A model generated the notes under the pieces. It made no database searches. It had not been told where the DNA came from and saw only the letters and a program-made list of their open reading frames with translations. DNA of 64,000 bases from an uncultured Candidatus Saccharibacteria bacterium (GTDB taxonomy: Bacteria; Patescibacteriota; Doudnabacteria; UBA920; O2-02-FULL-48-8), in assembly GCA_964605735.1 (NCBI GenBank), contig CAZSDS010000001.1, positions 198,771 through 262,770 of the forward strand, read 5' to 3'. Shown here in pieces: positions 30,364-40,892 of this stretch; position 1 is the first letter of the stretch, and each line of letters begins with the position of its first letter. Made by a program: the position numbers and the translations under genes.

Positions 30364-30397
30364 TTAGTGGGATTTTTCTTGCCTACTTATTATACCA

Positions 30398-31499
30398 TTA
30401 TTTTTCCTGGTTGCGCGAAAATTCGAGGTAATTTTTTATGAATTCGTCCAAATTTCCTTCCAGAACGCTTTCAGCGTCAGAAGTTTCGTAATTCGTCCTG
30501 TGATCTTTGACAAGCTTGTATGGATGAAGCACATAAGAGCGAATCTGGTTGCCCCATTCCGCACTGTGGTACTCTCCGCGCAGCTGAAGTTTTTCCTGGC
30601 GCTGTTTTTCTTCTTCAAGGGCTGCGAGTCTGGCTGACAAAATTTTTATGGCCTGATCTTTGTTCTGCGCCTGGGAGCGTTCGTTTTGGATGGTGACTGT
30701 AATGCCGGTTGGTCTGTGTGTGGCTCGGATTGCCGAGTATGTTGTGTTTACGGATTGCCCGCCGTGGCCGCGAGAAGTTTTTGCCTCAAAATCGATTTCT
30801 GAAAGATCCAATTTAAATTGTTCCTGATGGATGACTGGCAAAACCTCAACTAAAGAAAAAGATGTTTCTCTGGTTTGTGACGAGTTGAACGGCGATTGCC
30901 GGACCAGACGGTGGACCCCTGCTTCGCTCTTTAGATAGCCGTACGCGTAGTCACCGCTGACTTCAAAGACAACGCTTTTGATTCCGGCTTCTGTGCCGCG
31001 GCTTTCTTCAATGATAGTTACACCGAACCCTTTCTTTTCTGCCCACCTGTTGTACATGCGCAAAAGCATTTCTGACCAGTCCTGGGCATCCACCCCTCCT
31101 GCTCCGGCATGGATGGACATTATAGCGTCATTTTGGTCGTATTTCCCCGACAGAAAGGTGGTTAAGCGCATTTCCTCAAAAACTGCTTCCAGAAGGCCAA
31201 ATTTGGCCTTTAAATCGGCCTCAATTGCCTTATCTGGCTCATTTTGAGCGATTTCAGCTAAATCCAAGGCGTCTTTTACGTCTTTTTCCAGTTTCCCCCA
31301 TTTTTCAACCACAGTTTTAAGGGCCGTGGCTTCTTTGGCTACGGTTTTTGCCCTCTCCTGGTCTGCCCACAAACCTGGCTCTGACATTTGGTCTTCCAAC
31401 TCTAAAATCCTCTGTTTTTTCTGTGGGAGGTCAAAGATGCTCCTTAAGATCATTCATCCGATCTTCAAGCGTTTTAAATTGCCGTATTAATTCTTCCAT
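30398..31499 (-). CDS. prfB: Peptide chain release factor 2 (programmed +1 frameshift)
   Basis: SPF and GGQ motifs. The 22-codon N-terminal part from ATG 31499 ends in AAGGAG-CAT-CTT-TGA-C and continues in the +1 frame. Confidence 0.96.
31430..31445 (-). promoter_or_regulatory. RF2 autoregulatory frameshift cassette
   Basis: Internal SD AAGGAG, 3-nt spacer, CTT-TGA-C slippery stop. Confidence 0.93.
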
Positions 31500-31689
31500 A
31501 AGTTATTCAAATTCCATTAGCGCTCGCGGTCCTCCGCCTTACAGGACCGCATAAATCCCATATCTTATACATTCCTTTATTGTGGGATTTTGCTTAGTCT
31601 CGTCCGCTGAGGCGGACTGCGATGTCCTGACGGCAGAGATCCCGCGAGCTAAGTGCAAATTTCTTTTTTCAGTATTATTTACGCATAGC

Positions 31690-32121
31690 TTACTCTCCGG
31701 TGGATCCGAAACCGCCGCGTGCAGTTTCAAGTAACTGATCTACCTCTTCCCATTCAACTTGCTGAACTGGCAGAAAAATTCCCTGGGCAATTCGCTCGCC
31801 TTTTTTCACCTCAACGGGCAGGTCTGTAAAGTTGTACACCATAATCAAAGCCTCGTCATCCGGTCCGGCATAGTCAGGATCAAGTATACCCACGCTATGA
31901 GGGAACATCAGCCCCTTCTTCTTTGGTGTACTGCTGCGTGAAAAAATTGCCAAAAAATATCCTTCCGGTGGTTCGAAATACAATCCTGTATGAAGCAATT
32001 TAATTTCCTTTGGCTTAATAACGGCGTCTTCATTAGATGCAATATCAAAAGCCGCAGATTTTTTCGTGCCATATCCTGGCAACGGGACACTCGGGTCGAT
32101 TCTTCTAATTCTTACTTTCAT
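31690..32121 (-). CDS. dut: dUTP diphosphatase
   Basis: AAFDI, RSS, GILDPDY, RIAQG and RGGFGSTG motifs. Confidence 0.96.
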   Translation of the reverse strand: MKVRIRRIDPSVPLPGYGTKKSAAFDIASNEDAVIKPKEIKLLHTGLYFEPPEGYFLAIFSRSSTPKKKGLMFPHSVGILDPDYAGPDDEALIMVYNFTDLPVEVKKGERIAQGIFLPVQQVEWEEVDQLLETARGGFGSTGE

Positions 32122-32174
32122 ACTTAGATTTTAACATAAACAAGTTGTTAGTGCTGATTTGATATATTCCAAAT

Positions 32175-32203
32175 AAAAAAGCAGGACGTATGGAACGGCC
32201 TGC
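32175..32203 (-). terminator. Terminator of the candidate ncRNA
   Basis: Minus strand GCAGGCCGT-tccat-ACGTCCTGC-TTTTTT. Confidence 0.7.
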
Positions 32204-32231
32204 GGAAATGAAGATGTCCTCCATGGACGAT

Positions 32232-32520
32232 GCATCGACTCTGATGAGTTTAGCCGTGGGAGCTACCCCATCTCAAGACGTGTGTCTTGATAGGAAACGG
32301 ATATGGAGGTCCGAGTTGCCTCTAGACTTTGTAACTCCAAGAGCAATCCGCTCCTACAACCCCGCATTGCCTGCGGTTTAGGCTTTTCCGTCCTAGTGCA
32401 CAGAATGCACGTGTCTCCCTACTCAAGTTTGCTGTCCTCTTTCAGTTACCCATATCATTGACTTTCGCCAAGTAGGAACGGAATCGGCATGCGCCTTTCT
32501 CTCCCAGCAGAGTCAGATGC
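32232..32520 (-). ncRNA. Candidate large structured ncRNA of unknown family (289-nt core)
   Basis: Own promoter and terminator; terminal stem GCATC-T-GACTCTG / CAGAGTC-GATGC; GAAA- and GCAA-capped hairpins; no substantial ORF on this strand. Confidence 0.65.
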
Positions 32521-32526
32521 AATAAA

Positions 32527-32556
32527 AGCATATACCAGAGAAAAGATATCTGTCAA
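32527..32556 (-). promoter_or_regulatory. Sigma70-type promoter for the candidate ncRNA
   Basis: TTGACA (32556-32551), 18-nt spacer, TATGCT (32532-32527); predicted +1 near G32520. Confidence 0.65.
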
Positions 32557-32559
32557 AAC

Positions 32560-32586
32560 AAAAAACCGCTCTTTGTGAGCGGCTTA
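32560..32586 (-). terminator. Terminator of the secE-rplA operon
   Basis: CCGCTC-acaaa-GAGCGG-TTTTTT on the minus strand. Confidence 0.75.
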
Positions 32587-32597
32587 TTGTTCTAGAA

Positions 32598-33272
32598 TTA
32601 GAGTTGTACTTTGATTCCAGGACCCATTGTTGCGTTTACTGTAACGTTTGAAATGAATTCCTTTTTCAAAGTGGAAGGCTTTGTGGCTTGCAAAGCTTCC
32701 ATAAAGGCGTTGAAATTTGCTGTTAACTGCTCTTCTGAGAAGTTGCTCTTGCCCAACAACATGTGCACGTTGCCGGATTCGTCGTTCTTGAATTCCATTT
32801 TGCCGCCAGCAAACTCTTTCACAGCCTTGCCTACTTCCGGAGTAACAGTTCCGGTTTTTGGGTTAGGCATGAGCCCGCGCGGACCCAAGAGTTTTGCGAT
32901 TACAGCCATTTTGGCCATCATAGCCGGTTCGGCAATAGCAACGTCGAAATTAAGCTCTTCGGTTTCCTTAATCTTTTTGATCAAGTCTTCGCCACCAACC
33001 AGCGCTGCCCCGGCTTCAGTAGCTTCCTTCTCTTTGGCTTCAGTTACGAAAGCGGCAATGCGCTTGGTCTTCCCTGAACCATGAGGCAAGGTTACTGTTC
33101 CGCGGATAGCCTGGTCCGTTTTCTTGGCGTCAATGCCAAGGCGAACATGAACTTCCAGGTTGCCTACAAACTTTGTAGTGGCGGTTTTCTTGGCTAAAGC
33201 AATTGCTTCAGTCAGAGAGTACTTCTTGTTTGCGTCTACTTCTTTCCTAGCAGTTTCTAATCTTTTACCCAT
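32598..33272 (-). CDS. rplA: 50S ribosomal protein L1
   Basis: RGTVTLPHG.GK, LGPRGLMPNPKTGTVT and TMGPG motifs; AAGGAG SD before ATG 33272. Confidence 0.98.
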   Translation of the reverse strand: MGKRLETARKEVDANKKYSLTEAIALAKKTATTKFVGNLEVHVRLGIDAKKTDQAIRGTVTLPHGSGKTKRIAAFVTEAKEKEATEAGAALVGGEDLIKKIKETEELNFDVAIAEPAMMAKMAVIAKLLGPRGLMPNPKTGTVTPEVGKAVKEFAGGKMEFKNDESGNVHMLLGKSNFSEEQLTANFNAFMEALQATKPSTLKKEFISNVTVNATMGPGIKVQL

Positions 33273-33281
33273 AAATCTCCT

Positions 33282-33316
33282 TGTGGTGCGAGCGACCATT
33301 TTAAGGTCTCCCACAT
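33282..33316 (-). promoter_or_regulatory. L1 autoregulatory leader
   Basis: TGTGGGAG-ACC..GGT-CGCTCGCACCACA just before the rplA SD; matches the GUGGGAG...ACCAC L1-binding pattern. Confidence 0.65.
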
Positions 33317-33326
33317 TAAAGTTAAA

Positions 33327-33752
33327 TTAAATTTCCTTGTCTTTTCGGATTCTGTTCCAGTGATAGAAATACAGTGGAACTCCAACAATCAATAATGCTA
33401 CAGAGTTGGCTGCCTGACTTTGCCTGCTGGCGGTTCTTTGCTCTTCGCAAATGCGCCTGTTCTCTTCTTCCTGGGCGAGCTTTTCAGCTTCCGTCAATTC
33501 CTGTCCATCAGGCTTGACTGCTGAAGGGATTGACCGTTCAAAGCAATAGTTGTCTGCTTTGGTGAAGATGTAAGTCTTCAGCCCGAGGTTCAGCACGGTA
33601 ACCAGACCAATAATCGTGAGGACCAGACCAACTGACGCAAAGATGTATAGAAAAACTTTGCGCAAAGTAAGATTCATAGCCATATATAGTATTGTTCCGA
33701 TGAGCACTATCGCCAGAATAGGACCTAAGATGGCGAGAATAGTTATCATCAT
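33327..33752 (-). CDS. DUF5671-like membrane protein between rplK and rplA
   Basis: R...LY....VGL and A.LIVG.PLY.YHW motifs. Confidence 0.7.
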   Translation of the reverse strand: MMITILAILGPILAIVLIGTILYMAMNLTLRKVFLYIFASVGLVLTIIGLVTVLNLGLKTYIFTKADNYCFERSIPSAVKPDGQELTEAEKLAQEEENRRICEEQRTASRQSQAANSVALLIVGVPLYFYHWNRIRKDKEI

Positions 33753-33769
33753 GATTGTTAGTTTAATGT

Positions 33770-34192
33770 TTATTTGATTTCGATGCCCATTGAGCGAGCT
33801 GTGCCAGCCACGATCTTTTCAGCTGCTTCAACGTCAGCAGCGTTCAAGTCCGGAAGCTTGGTTTCAGCAATTTCACGCAACTGCGCCTTGCTGATTTTGC
33901 CAACTTTGTTCATTAAAGGGTTGGCAGCGCCTTTTTCAACGCCAGCTGCTTTTCTGATCAAAATTGAAGCTGGTGGAGTTTTTACGATAAAGCTATATGA
34001 GCGATCTTCGTAAATAGTAACTTCTGCTGGGACGGAAATGTCACCTAACTGAGAAGTTTTTTCGTTAAATTCCTTGAGGAATTGTCCGATGTTGAGCCCG
34101 TGGGGACCCAATGCAGTACCGGTTTGCTGGGAAGGAGTCGCTTTGCCTGCTGGCAAAAGGATCTTCACCATTGCCTTAACTTTTTTAGCCAT
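33770..34192 (-). CDS. rplK: 50S ribosomal protein L11
   Basis: AGKATP..GTALG.HGLNI..F.KEFN, KTPP and GTARSMGI motifs. Confidence 0.98.
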   Translation of the reverse strand: MAKKVKAMVKILLPAGKATPSQQTGTALGPHGLNIGQFLKEFNEKTSQLGDISVPAEVTIYEDRSYSFIVKTPPASILIRKAAGVEKGAANPLMNKVGKISKAQLREIAETKLPDLNAADVEAAEKIVAGTARSMGIEIK

Positions 34193-34203
34193 TGTTTTAC
34201 GCC

Positions 34204-34749
34204 TTATATCTTCTTAATCTGTAAGAAGTCTAATTCTAAAGGTGTCTCTCGACCGAAAATAGACACCAAAACTTTAACCTTGCCTTTCTCTTCGTCAACT
34301 TCGTTGGCCTTACCTTCATAATCTTTGAATGGGCCGTCCATAATCCTGACCAGGTCTCCTGGTTTTACGTCGATCTTGTACTTCGGTTCTTCCACACCCA
34401 TTCTCTTTTGCAGTGATGTAACTTCTGATTCGGAAATCGGAGTTGGGATTGTTCCGGAACCAACGAACCCGGTTACGTTAGGGGTGTTTCGAACCACATA
34501 CCAGGAATCATCAGTTACTATCATCTCCACCATTACATATCCTGGGAAAATCTTTTCCTCTACAGTGGTGCGCTTGCCATCCTTAATCTTGATCTTCTTT
34601 TCTTTAGGAACCATGACATTGAAAATTTTGTCTTCCATGCCCATGGATTCAATACGTTGTTTGAGGTTAAAGGCGACACTGTCTTCATAGCCTGAATAGG
34701 TGTGAAGCACGTACCAGTGTTTTTCGCCTGTGACTTGTTGTCTTGCCAT
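34204..34749 (-). CDS. nusG: Transcription termination/antitermination factor NusG
   Basis: [28 protein letters not shown] and IFGRETP motifs. Confidence 0.98.
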   Translation of the reverse strand: MARQQVTGEKHWYVLHTYSGYEDSVAFNLKQRIESMGMEDKIFNVMVPKEKKIKIKDGKRTTVEEKIFPGYVMVEMIVTDDSWYVVRNTPNVTGFVGSGTIPTPISESEVTSLQKRMGVEEPKYKIDVKPGDLVRIMDGPFKDYEGKANEVDEEKGKVKVLVSIFGRETPLELDFLQIKKI

Positions 34750-34788
34750 TTGAAATACCTGCCCCTGTTCGGGGATTAAAATTAAAGA

Positions 34789-34974
34789 TTAGCGATTAAC
34801 GCCGAGTTCGAGAAGTTTTGTAAGCCCGTAGTCTACTGCACCCAGGAATGCCGCTACAACCAGTGAGATTGCAATAACCGCAATGGTGGTTCTAACCACT
34901 GATTTGCGATCCGGCCAGACGACTTTCTGCAGTTCTGACTTCACTTCTCTGAGGAATTGGATTGGGTTGGTCAT
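34789..34974 (-). CDS. secE: Preprotein translocase SecE
   Basis: FLREVKSEL.KVVWP plus one TM; upstream of nusG. Confidence 0.95.
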   Translation of the reverse strand: MTNPIQFLREVKSELQKVVWPDRKSVVRTTIAVIAISLVVAAFLGAVDYGLTKLLELGVNR

Positions 34975-35143
34975 AAAGTTAGTTAATGTGCGCTATTATT
35001 CGCGCTTTTTTAAAAGGCCTTTGGGGCCTTTTGTTTATAGGCGCATTATAAAGTATTTTGGTTGTTTTGGCAAGTCAGGCCAGAAAGTATCTTATCCAAT
35101 AAAAAAAGCCTTCCTTGCGAAAGGCGTCCTGACTATGCGCGGG

Positions 35144-35554
35144 TCATTCGAAATGCCACCAGATGTTCAAAATCCAAACCCGCTTGTATTCCATAAGCGG
35201 GGATGATTGCGTGCAGACCCTTGAAAAAAATACACTGCAGCCGTAGTGGTCAGCGCGTGCTAATTCCTGATAGCGCTGTATCAATCCGCGGTGGTATTCG
35301 GTAAGCTCTGAGTTTATGGGCCTTGTAGCCACCGGCAGGAATATCCGGGTAACCCCTTTTCTGGCGGCACAGGATATTTCCCGGAGAATATCTGATTTAT
35401 ATTTTTCTTCTGCATCCCGGTATCCTCGTGCCCTGGCCTCTTCCTTGGATTCGTGCTCCTCTTCGTCCCGTGTGAGCTTGCGCACCTCGTTGGCCAGAGC
35501 CAGCATGAGAGCAGAGGGACTGTTTTGGTAATCAGGGTTTTGCGTTCGCCGCAC
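35144..35554 (-). CDS. Hypothetical protein
   Basis: AGGAGG SD before GTG 35554; overlaps the end of the upstream Zn-finger gene. Confidence 0.65.
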   Translation of the reverse strand: MRRTQNPDYQNSPSALMLALANEVRKLTRDEEEHESKEEARARGYRDAEEKYKSDILREISCAARKGVTRIFLPVATRPINSELTEYHRGLIQRYQELARADHYGCSVFFSRVCTQSSPLMEYKRVWILNIWWHFE

Positions 35555-35771
35555 TTAATCCTCCTAGTAATTCGCCTTTTCCTTGGCAACTCTGGCATGT
35601 GCCTGTGCCGCTACAGCTCGGGCAACTGTGGTTGCTTCTCATTTCAGGACAAAGGAGGTGAAGCTTGCGCGCCCACCGGTCTTTGTTTCCTGTGCCCGCG
35701 CATTCCTTGCACTTGCCATTGCCTTTGTCAGGCTCAATTGGGTTATGCCAATTACAGTCTGGACAGCGCAT
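35532..35771 (-). CDS. Small DnaJ-type CxxCxGxG zinc-finger protein
   Basis: CPDC, CKECAGTG, CPSCSGTG and CQSCQGKG motifs; GGGAGG SD. Confidence 0.75.
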   Translation of the reverse strand: MRCPDCNWHNPIEPDKGNGKCKECAGTGNKDRWARKLHLLCPEMRSNHSCPSCSGTGTCQSCQGKGELLGGLSAANAKP

Positions 35772-35814
35772 GATGTTGCCTCCCTTCCGAAAAATATAAT
35801 AGCAAAAACAAAGT

Positions 35815-35865
35815 AAAAAGCGCCAGGGCTCACCTGCCGTTTGCAGGGTTACCTGGCGCTTTTTT
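35815..35865. terminator. Long bidirectional terminator hairpin
   Basis: AAAAAGCGCCAGG...CCTGGCGCTTTTT with an inner CCTGC/GCAGG stem. Confidence 0.75.
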
Positions 35866-35892
35866 GTAATTGTTGGACTGTTTGTTCTTTGT

Positions 35893-37806
35893 TTATGGAG
35901 CGACTTCTCTCATTTTAACTGCACCATTTTGAGTTTTTGTCAGAAGTTGGGTTAAGCAGACACGTCTTGTTTTGCTTCCGGTGCCGTCATAGTAATGAAT
36001 TGTCGAACAGTTGGAGATGGTGTCAGTGGATGAGGTTGAGTTCAATGTTGTGTCGAATTGAATAACCCACTTGTTGCCGCCCACATCCTTTTTGCCTGAA
36101 ACGTTAAACGTCAGGTTTGGATACGCGCCGGAGATTGCCGGGCTATTTAAAACGGCATTAGGACCGCTAACAGCAAGGTTGCGAACGTTGCTCAAATTTA
36201 TGGAAGGATTGTCTGTAATTTTTGTAATATATCCAGCTGATGGCCCAAGGTTGTCAATAAGCAGTTGGATTCTCAGAGTGTCTCCATTCTTGATGTTTTC
36301 AGGCTTGAACCCTGTTTGGCCATTTACAGCCACAACAGACATAGAGCCTTCGATTTGGGCACTGCAGGCGGTGACCAGTGATGATTTGTACGCTGGTGAA
36401 GGATAGATTTGGGCCGGGAAGTTTGTGTATGCCGCTACAATATAGTGGTAGCTCTTATTGTTTTGAGGGTGATCTACATAGGAGGTTGTGTTTGCAGATA
36501 CAGTTGCAATGCGCTGATATTGGGTATAGTCGCCGCCATTTTCCTGCTCTGAGCGGTAAACATGGAATCCAGCCTCAATGCTTGACGTGTCATCCCAAGT
36601 CAAAGTGATTTGGTTGCATGTGGCGTTGTTGGTTGAGTTGATGACCGGTGCTCCTGACGGTTGCTCCTTTTCATATGTGATCTGAAATGCGATAGTCCCC
36701 TGGTCAGCCAGCGTTTGTGGCTGATTTGGAATAATATCCTTAAGCAAGTAATTTGAACCGTTATATACCACGCTTGCCGGCGCAAAAATCAGCTGATAAA
36801 TTCCTGTTTGCGCAGAATACATAGCATAAGTGCCGTTTCCGTTGAAGTTTTGAGGGCCATTGACCACCCATGAGGTTGGAATGTTTGAGGTCACAAGGAT
36901 ATTGCCGTTTGTGCTTGGCGCTTGATCTATCACCTCAAAAGTCATGGAAACCTGGTTGCCGAAATAAATGTCGTTCCCCGGAGCCACCCCGCAAACAATA
37001 CCGCTTGAGTCCTTATATTCAGCACCTGCTCTATGCACCATTTGGAAAGAAATTGTATAGACGCCAGGCGTTGATGGGGCCACCAAAGTAAAACTCTTTT
37101 CTTGGGTATCGGTCGGTTTCATGCTTGGAGACAAGTGCCCGTAAAGAGGTGAAGTGGTCAGATTACTGGTCTGAACAAGCTGGTAAAAGGATCCGTGATA
37201 AAACCAGGTTTCTCCGGAGTTATAAATGTTCAGCCCAAAAGGGATGGCACTTCCGGCAGTGATTTTGGCTGGGATAATTTGGGTTGCGGTCACAACTGCG
37301 TTTTCAGTGCAAGTGGTTGGGTTAACGCCTCCTGGGCAGTCCACTCCATAGTCAAAGACTTCACCCATGAAGACTGCGCCTTCGTAGCTTCCGTCCACGT
37401 TTCTGTAGGCGGCATCAAGCTGGATGCGTCCGCAGTTGTAGCTGTTGATGTCATAGGAAAACATAGTCTGCCCAGTTTCGCCAGGGGCATAGTTAAGCTT
37501 GCCGGACATTGAGAAGGAAGACTGGTTCAGGGTGTGAGCCGTTGCAGCACATCCGGAAACGGGGTCATGGAAAGCAGCCTTCTCTATGTACACCGCTTCA
37601 CTGCCAAAGTTATCAATATCCGCAATCCATTCAATTTTCCCGTTATTGATAATTGATGATTGGCCTGGTTTGTGGCAGTTTTCTGAGTTGTCATTGACCC
37701 AGTGAACGCTTACGGCGACATTAGCCTGGGCAATATCAATAATCGGCTGAACAAAAGCAACCGTTGCAATTATCGCCACTAACAAAATTTGTGCTAATTT
37801 CTTCAT
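35893..37806 (-). CDS. Secreted multi-domain beta-sandwich protein (NBR1-Ig-like, FN3-like, DUF11-like)
   Basis: Signal peptide; N.G..W and APSTPG.Y (Ig-like); I.LTW.D.S..E.GF.VYRS (FN3); GD......I.N.GPS (DUF11-like). Confidence 0.75.
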   Translation of the reverse strand: MKKLAQILLVAIIATVAFVQPIIDIAQANVAVSVHWVNDNSENCHKPGQSSIINNGKIEWIADIDNFGSEAVYIEKAAFHDPVSGCAATAHTLNQSSFSMSGKLNYAPGETGQTMFSYDINSYNCGRIQLDAAYRNVDGSYEGAVFMGEVFDYGVDCPGGVNPTTCTENAVVTATQIIPAKITAGSAIPFGLNIYNSGETWFYHGSFYQLVQTSNLTTSPLYGHLSPSMKPTDTQEKSFTLVAPSTPGVYTISFQMVHRAGAEYKDSSGIVCGVAPGNDIYFGNQVSMTFEVIDQAPSTNGNILVTSNIPTSWVVNGPQNFNGNGTYAMYSAQTGIYQLIFAPASVVYNGSNYLLKDIIPNQPQTLADQGTIAFQITYEKEQPSGAPVINSTNNATCNQITLTWDDTSSIEAGFHVYRSEQENGGDYTQYQRIATVSANTTSYVDHPQNNKSYHYIVAAYTNFPAQIYPSPAYKSSLVTACSAQIEGSMSVVAVNGQTGFKPENIKNGDTLRIQLLIDNLGPSAGYITKITDNPSINLSNVRNLAVSGPNAVLNSPAISGAYPNLTFNVSGKKDVGGNKWVIQFDTTLNSTSSTDTISNCSTIHYYDGTGSKTRRVCLTQLLTKTQNGAVKMREVAP

Positions 37807-37811
37807 ATGGT

Positions 37812-38309
37812 TTAGAGGTTGATTAATTCGATGCGCTCTGCTGATATTTGATCGGATGAATTTGGGTTAGTTGAGCTGTACACGGCAATATTCTTTCCCG
37901 CTGACAAATCAACTCTTTCTGCGGGAGCCAAAACAGGCTCTCCGCCTACAATCGAAACAGAATTGATTTCTGAATTTTCAGTTACAAAAAAGGTTTTTTC
38001 CTGTTCAGAGACGGTTACGGATGATCCATTTGTCTGAACAATGTTTACCCTGACAGTAATGCGATCTCCCTGAACTTCGGTAATTTTACCGTTTAAGGAG
38101 TATTCTTTGATTTGCAACTCATCAGAGGCAGACAAGACTTTTGGATTTTGGCTGTCGAACAACAAATATCCAGCTACACCAACGCTCAAAATCACCGTAA
38201 TTGCCAAGGCAGAAACGGCTTTATAAATGGCAGGGTGTGTAACTTTCAGCAATAATTTCTTATGCTGGATTGTAACCCTTAACATAGTGAATTTGGTGGA
38301 GATTCGCAT
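37812..38309 (-). CDS. Hypothetical membrane-anchored protein (OB-like ectodomain)
   Basis: TM segment followed by L.GKITEV.G..ITV; same strand and 5 nt from the secreted-protein gene. Confidence 0.7.
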   Translation of the reverse strand: MRISTKFTMLRVTIQHKKLLLKVTHPAIYKAVSALAITVILSVGVAGYLLFDSQNPKVLSASDELQIKEYSLNGKITEVQGDRITVRVNIVQTNGSSVTVSEQEKTFFVTENSEINSVSIVGGEPVLAPAERVDLSAGKNIAVYSSTNPNSSDQISAERIELINL

Positions 38310-38430
38310 ATACTTAAATTAACTTTAAGTAAACGGGGAATATTACACTATTTTGAGGGTTTTGTCAAGGCTTAAACAAGGGATAACAAAAAACCTGCAT
38401 TTCTGCAGGGTTTTTAGAACTACGTGTTGT

Positions 38431-38748
38431 CTATAAACCAATAACTACCCACAACAAAACAAGGGCAACCAGTGATGTGAGGACGAAGAATAATAATCCG
38501 GCTGCCGAAAGGGTTCGAAATGTTTTCGAGCCAGGCACTGTAACAGGAGGAGTATTTTTGTTTTCCAAACTTCTCCTGTAGTCCAGTAATATTGAAACGA
38601 TTGCTGTTATGAGAATTAAAAACCCAATAGCAATAAGCGATAAGCCTACAACATTCTCACCGCTCCTGCCATCGAATAATTGTATGATCCATCCCAGAAT
38701 TAAAGCAATGGTCCCGGAATAGATCAATGTTTTTGATGTAAATCTCAT
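38431..38748 (-). CDS. Hypothetical 3-TM membrane protein
   Basis: Three hydrophobic segments; starts 5 nt after the gyrB stop. Confidence 0.7.
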   Translation of the reverse strand: MRFTSKTLIYSGTIALILGWIIQLFDGRSGENVVGLSLIAIGFLILITAIVSILLDYRRSLENKNTPPVTVPGSKTFRTLSAAGLLFFVLTSLVALVLLWVVIGL

Positions 38749-38753
38749 TATTC

Positions 38754-40829
<2,076 letters not shown>

Positions 40830-40892
40830 TTAAGGTAACTTAATTATAGCAAAAAATAGCCTCTTTTGGAAGCTATTTTTAGGGGTTGTTTT

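Noticed and set aside
31430-31499. prfB pseudogene or sequencing frameshift
   Set aside because: It is the canonical SD-CTT-TGA programmed +1 frameshift, so neither broken nor novel.
32190-32381. 63-aa plus-strand ORF in the ncRNA region
   Set aside because: No convincing SD or motif, and its start lies in a terminator loop; promoter, terminator and GNRA loops all favour the minus strand.
32232-32520. Assignment as RNase P RNA, tmRNA, SRP RNA, 6S RNA or a retron ncRNA
   Set aside because: Diagnostic conserved sequences are not visible and no reverse transcriptase is nearby. A covariance search is still needed to exclude divergent forms.
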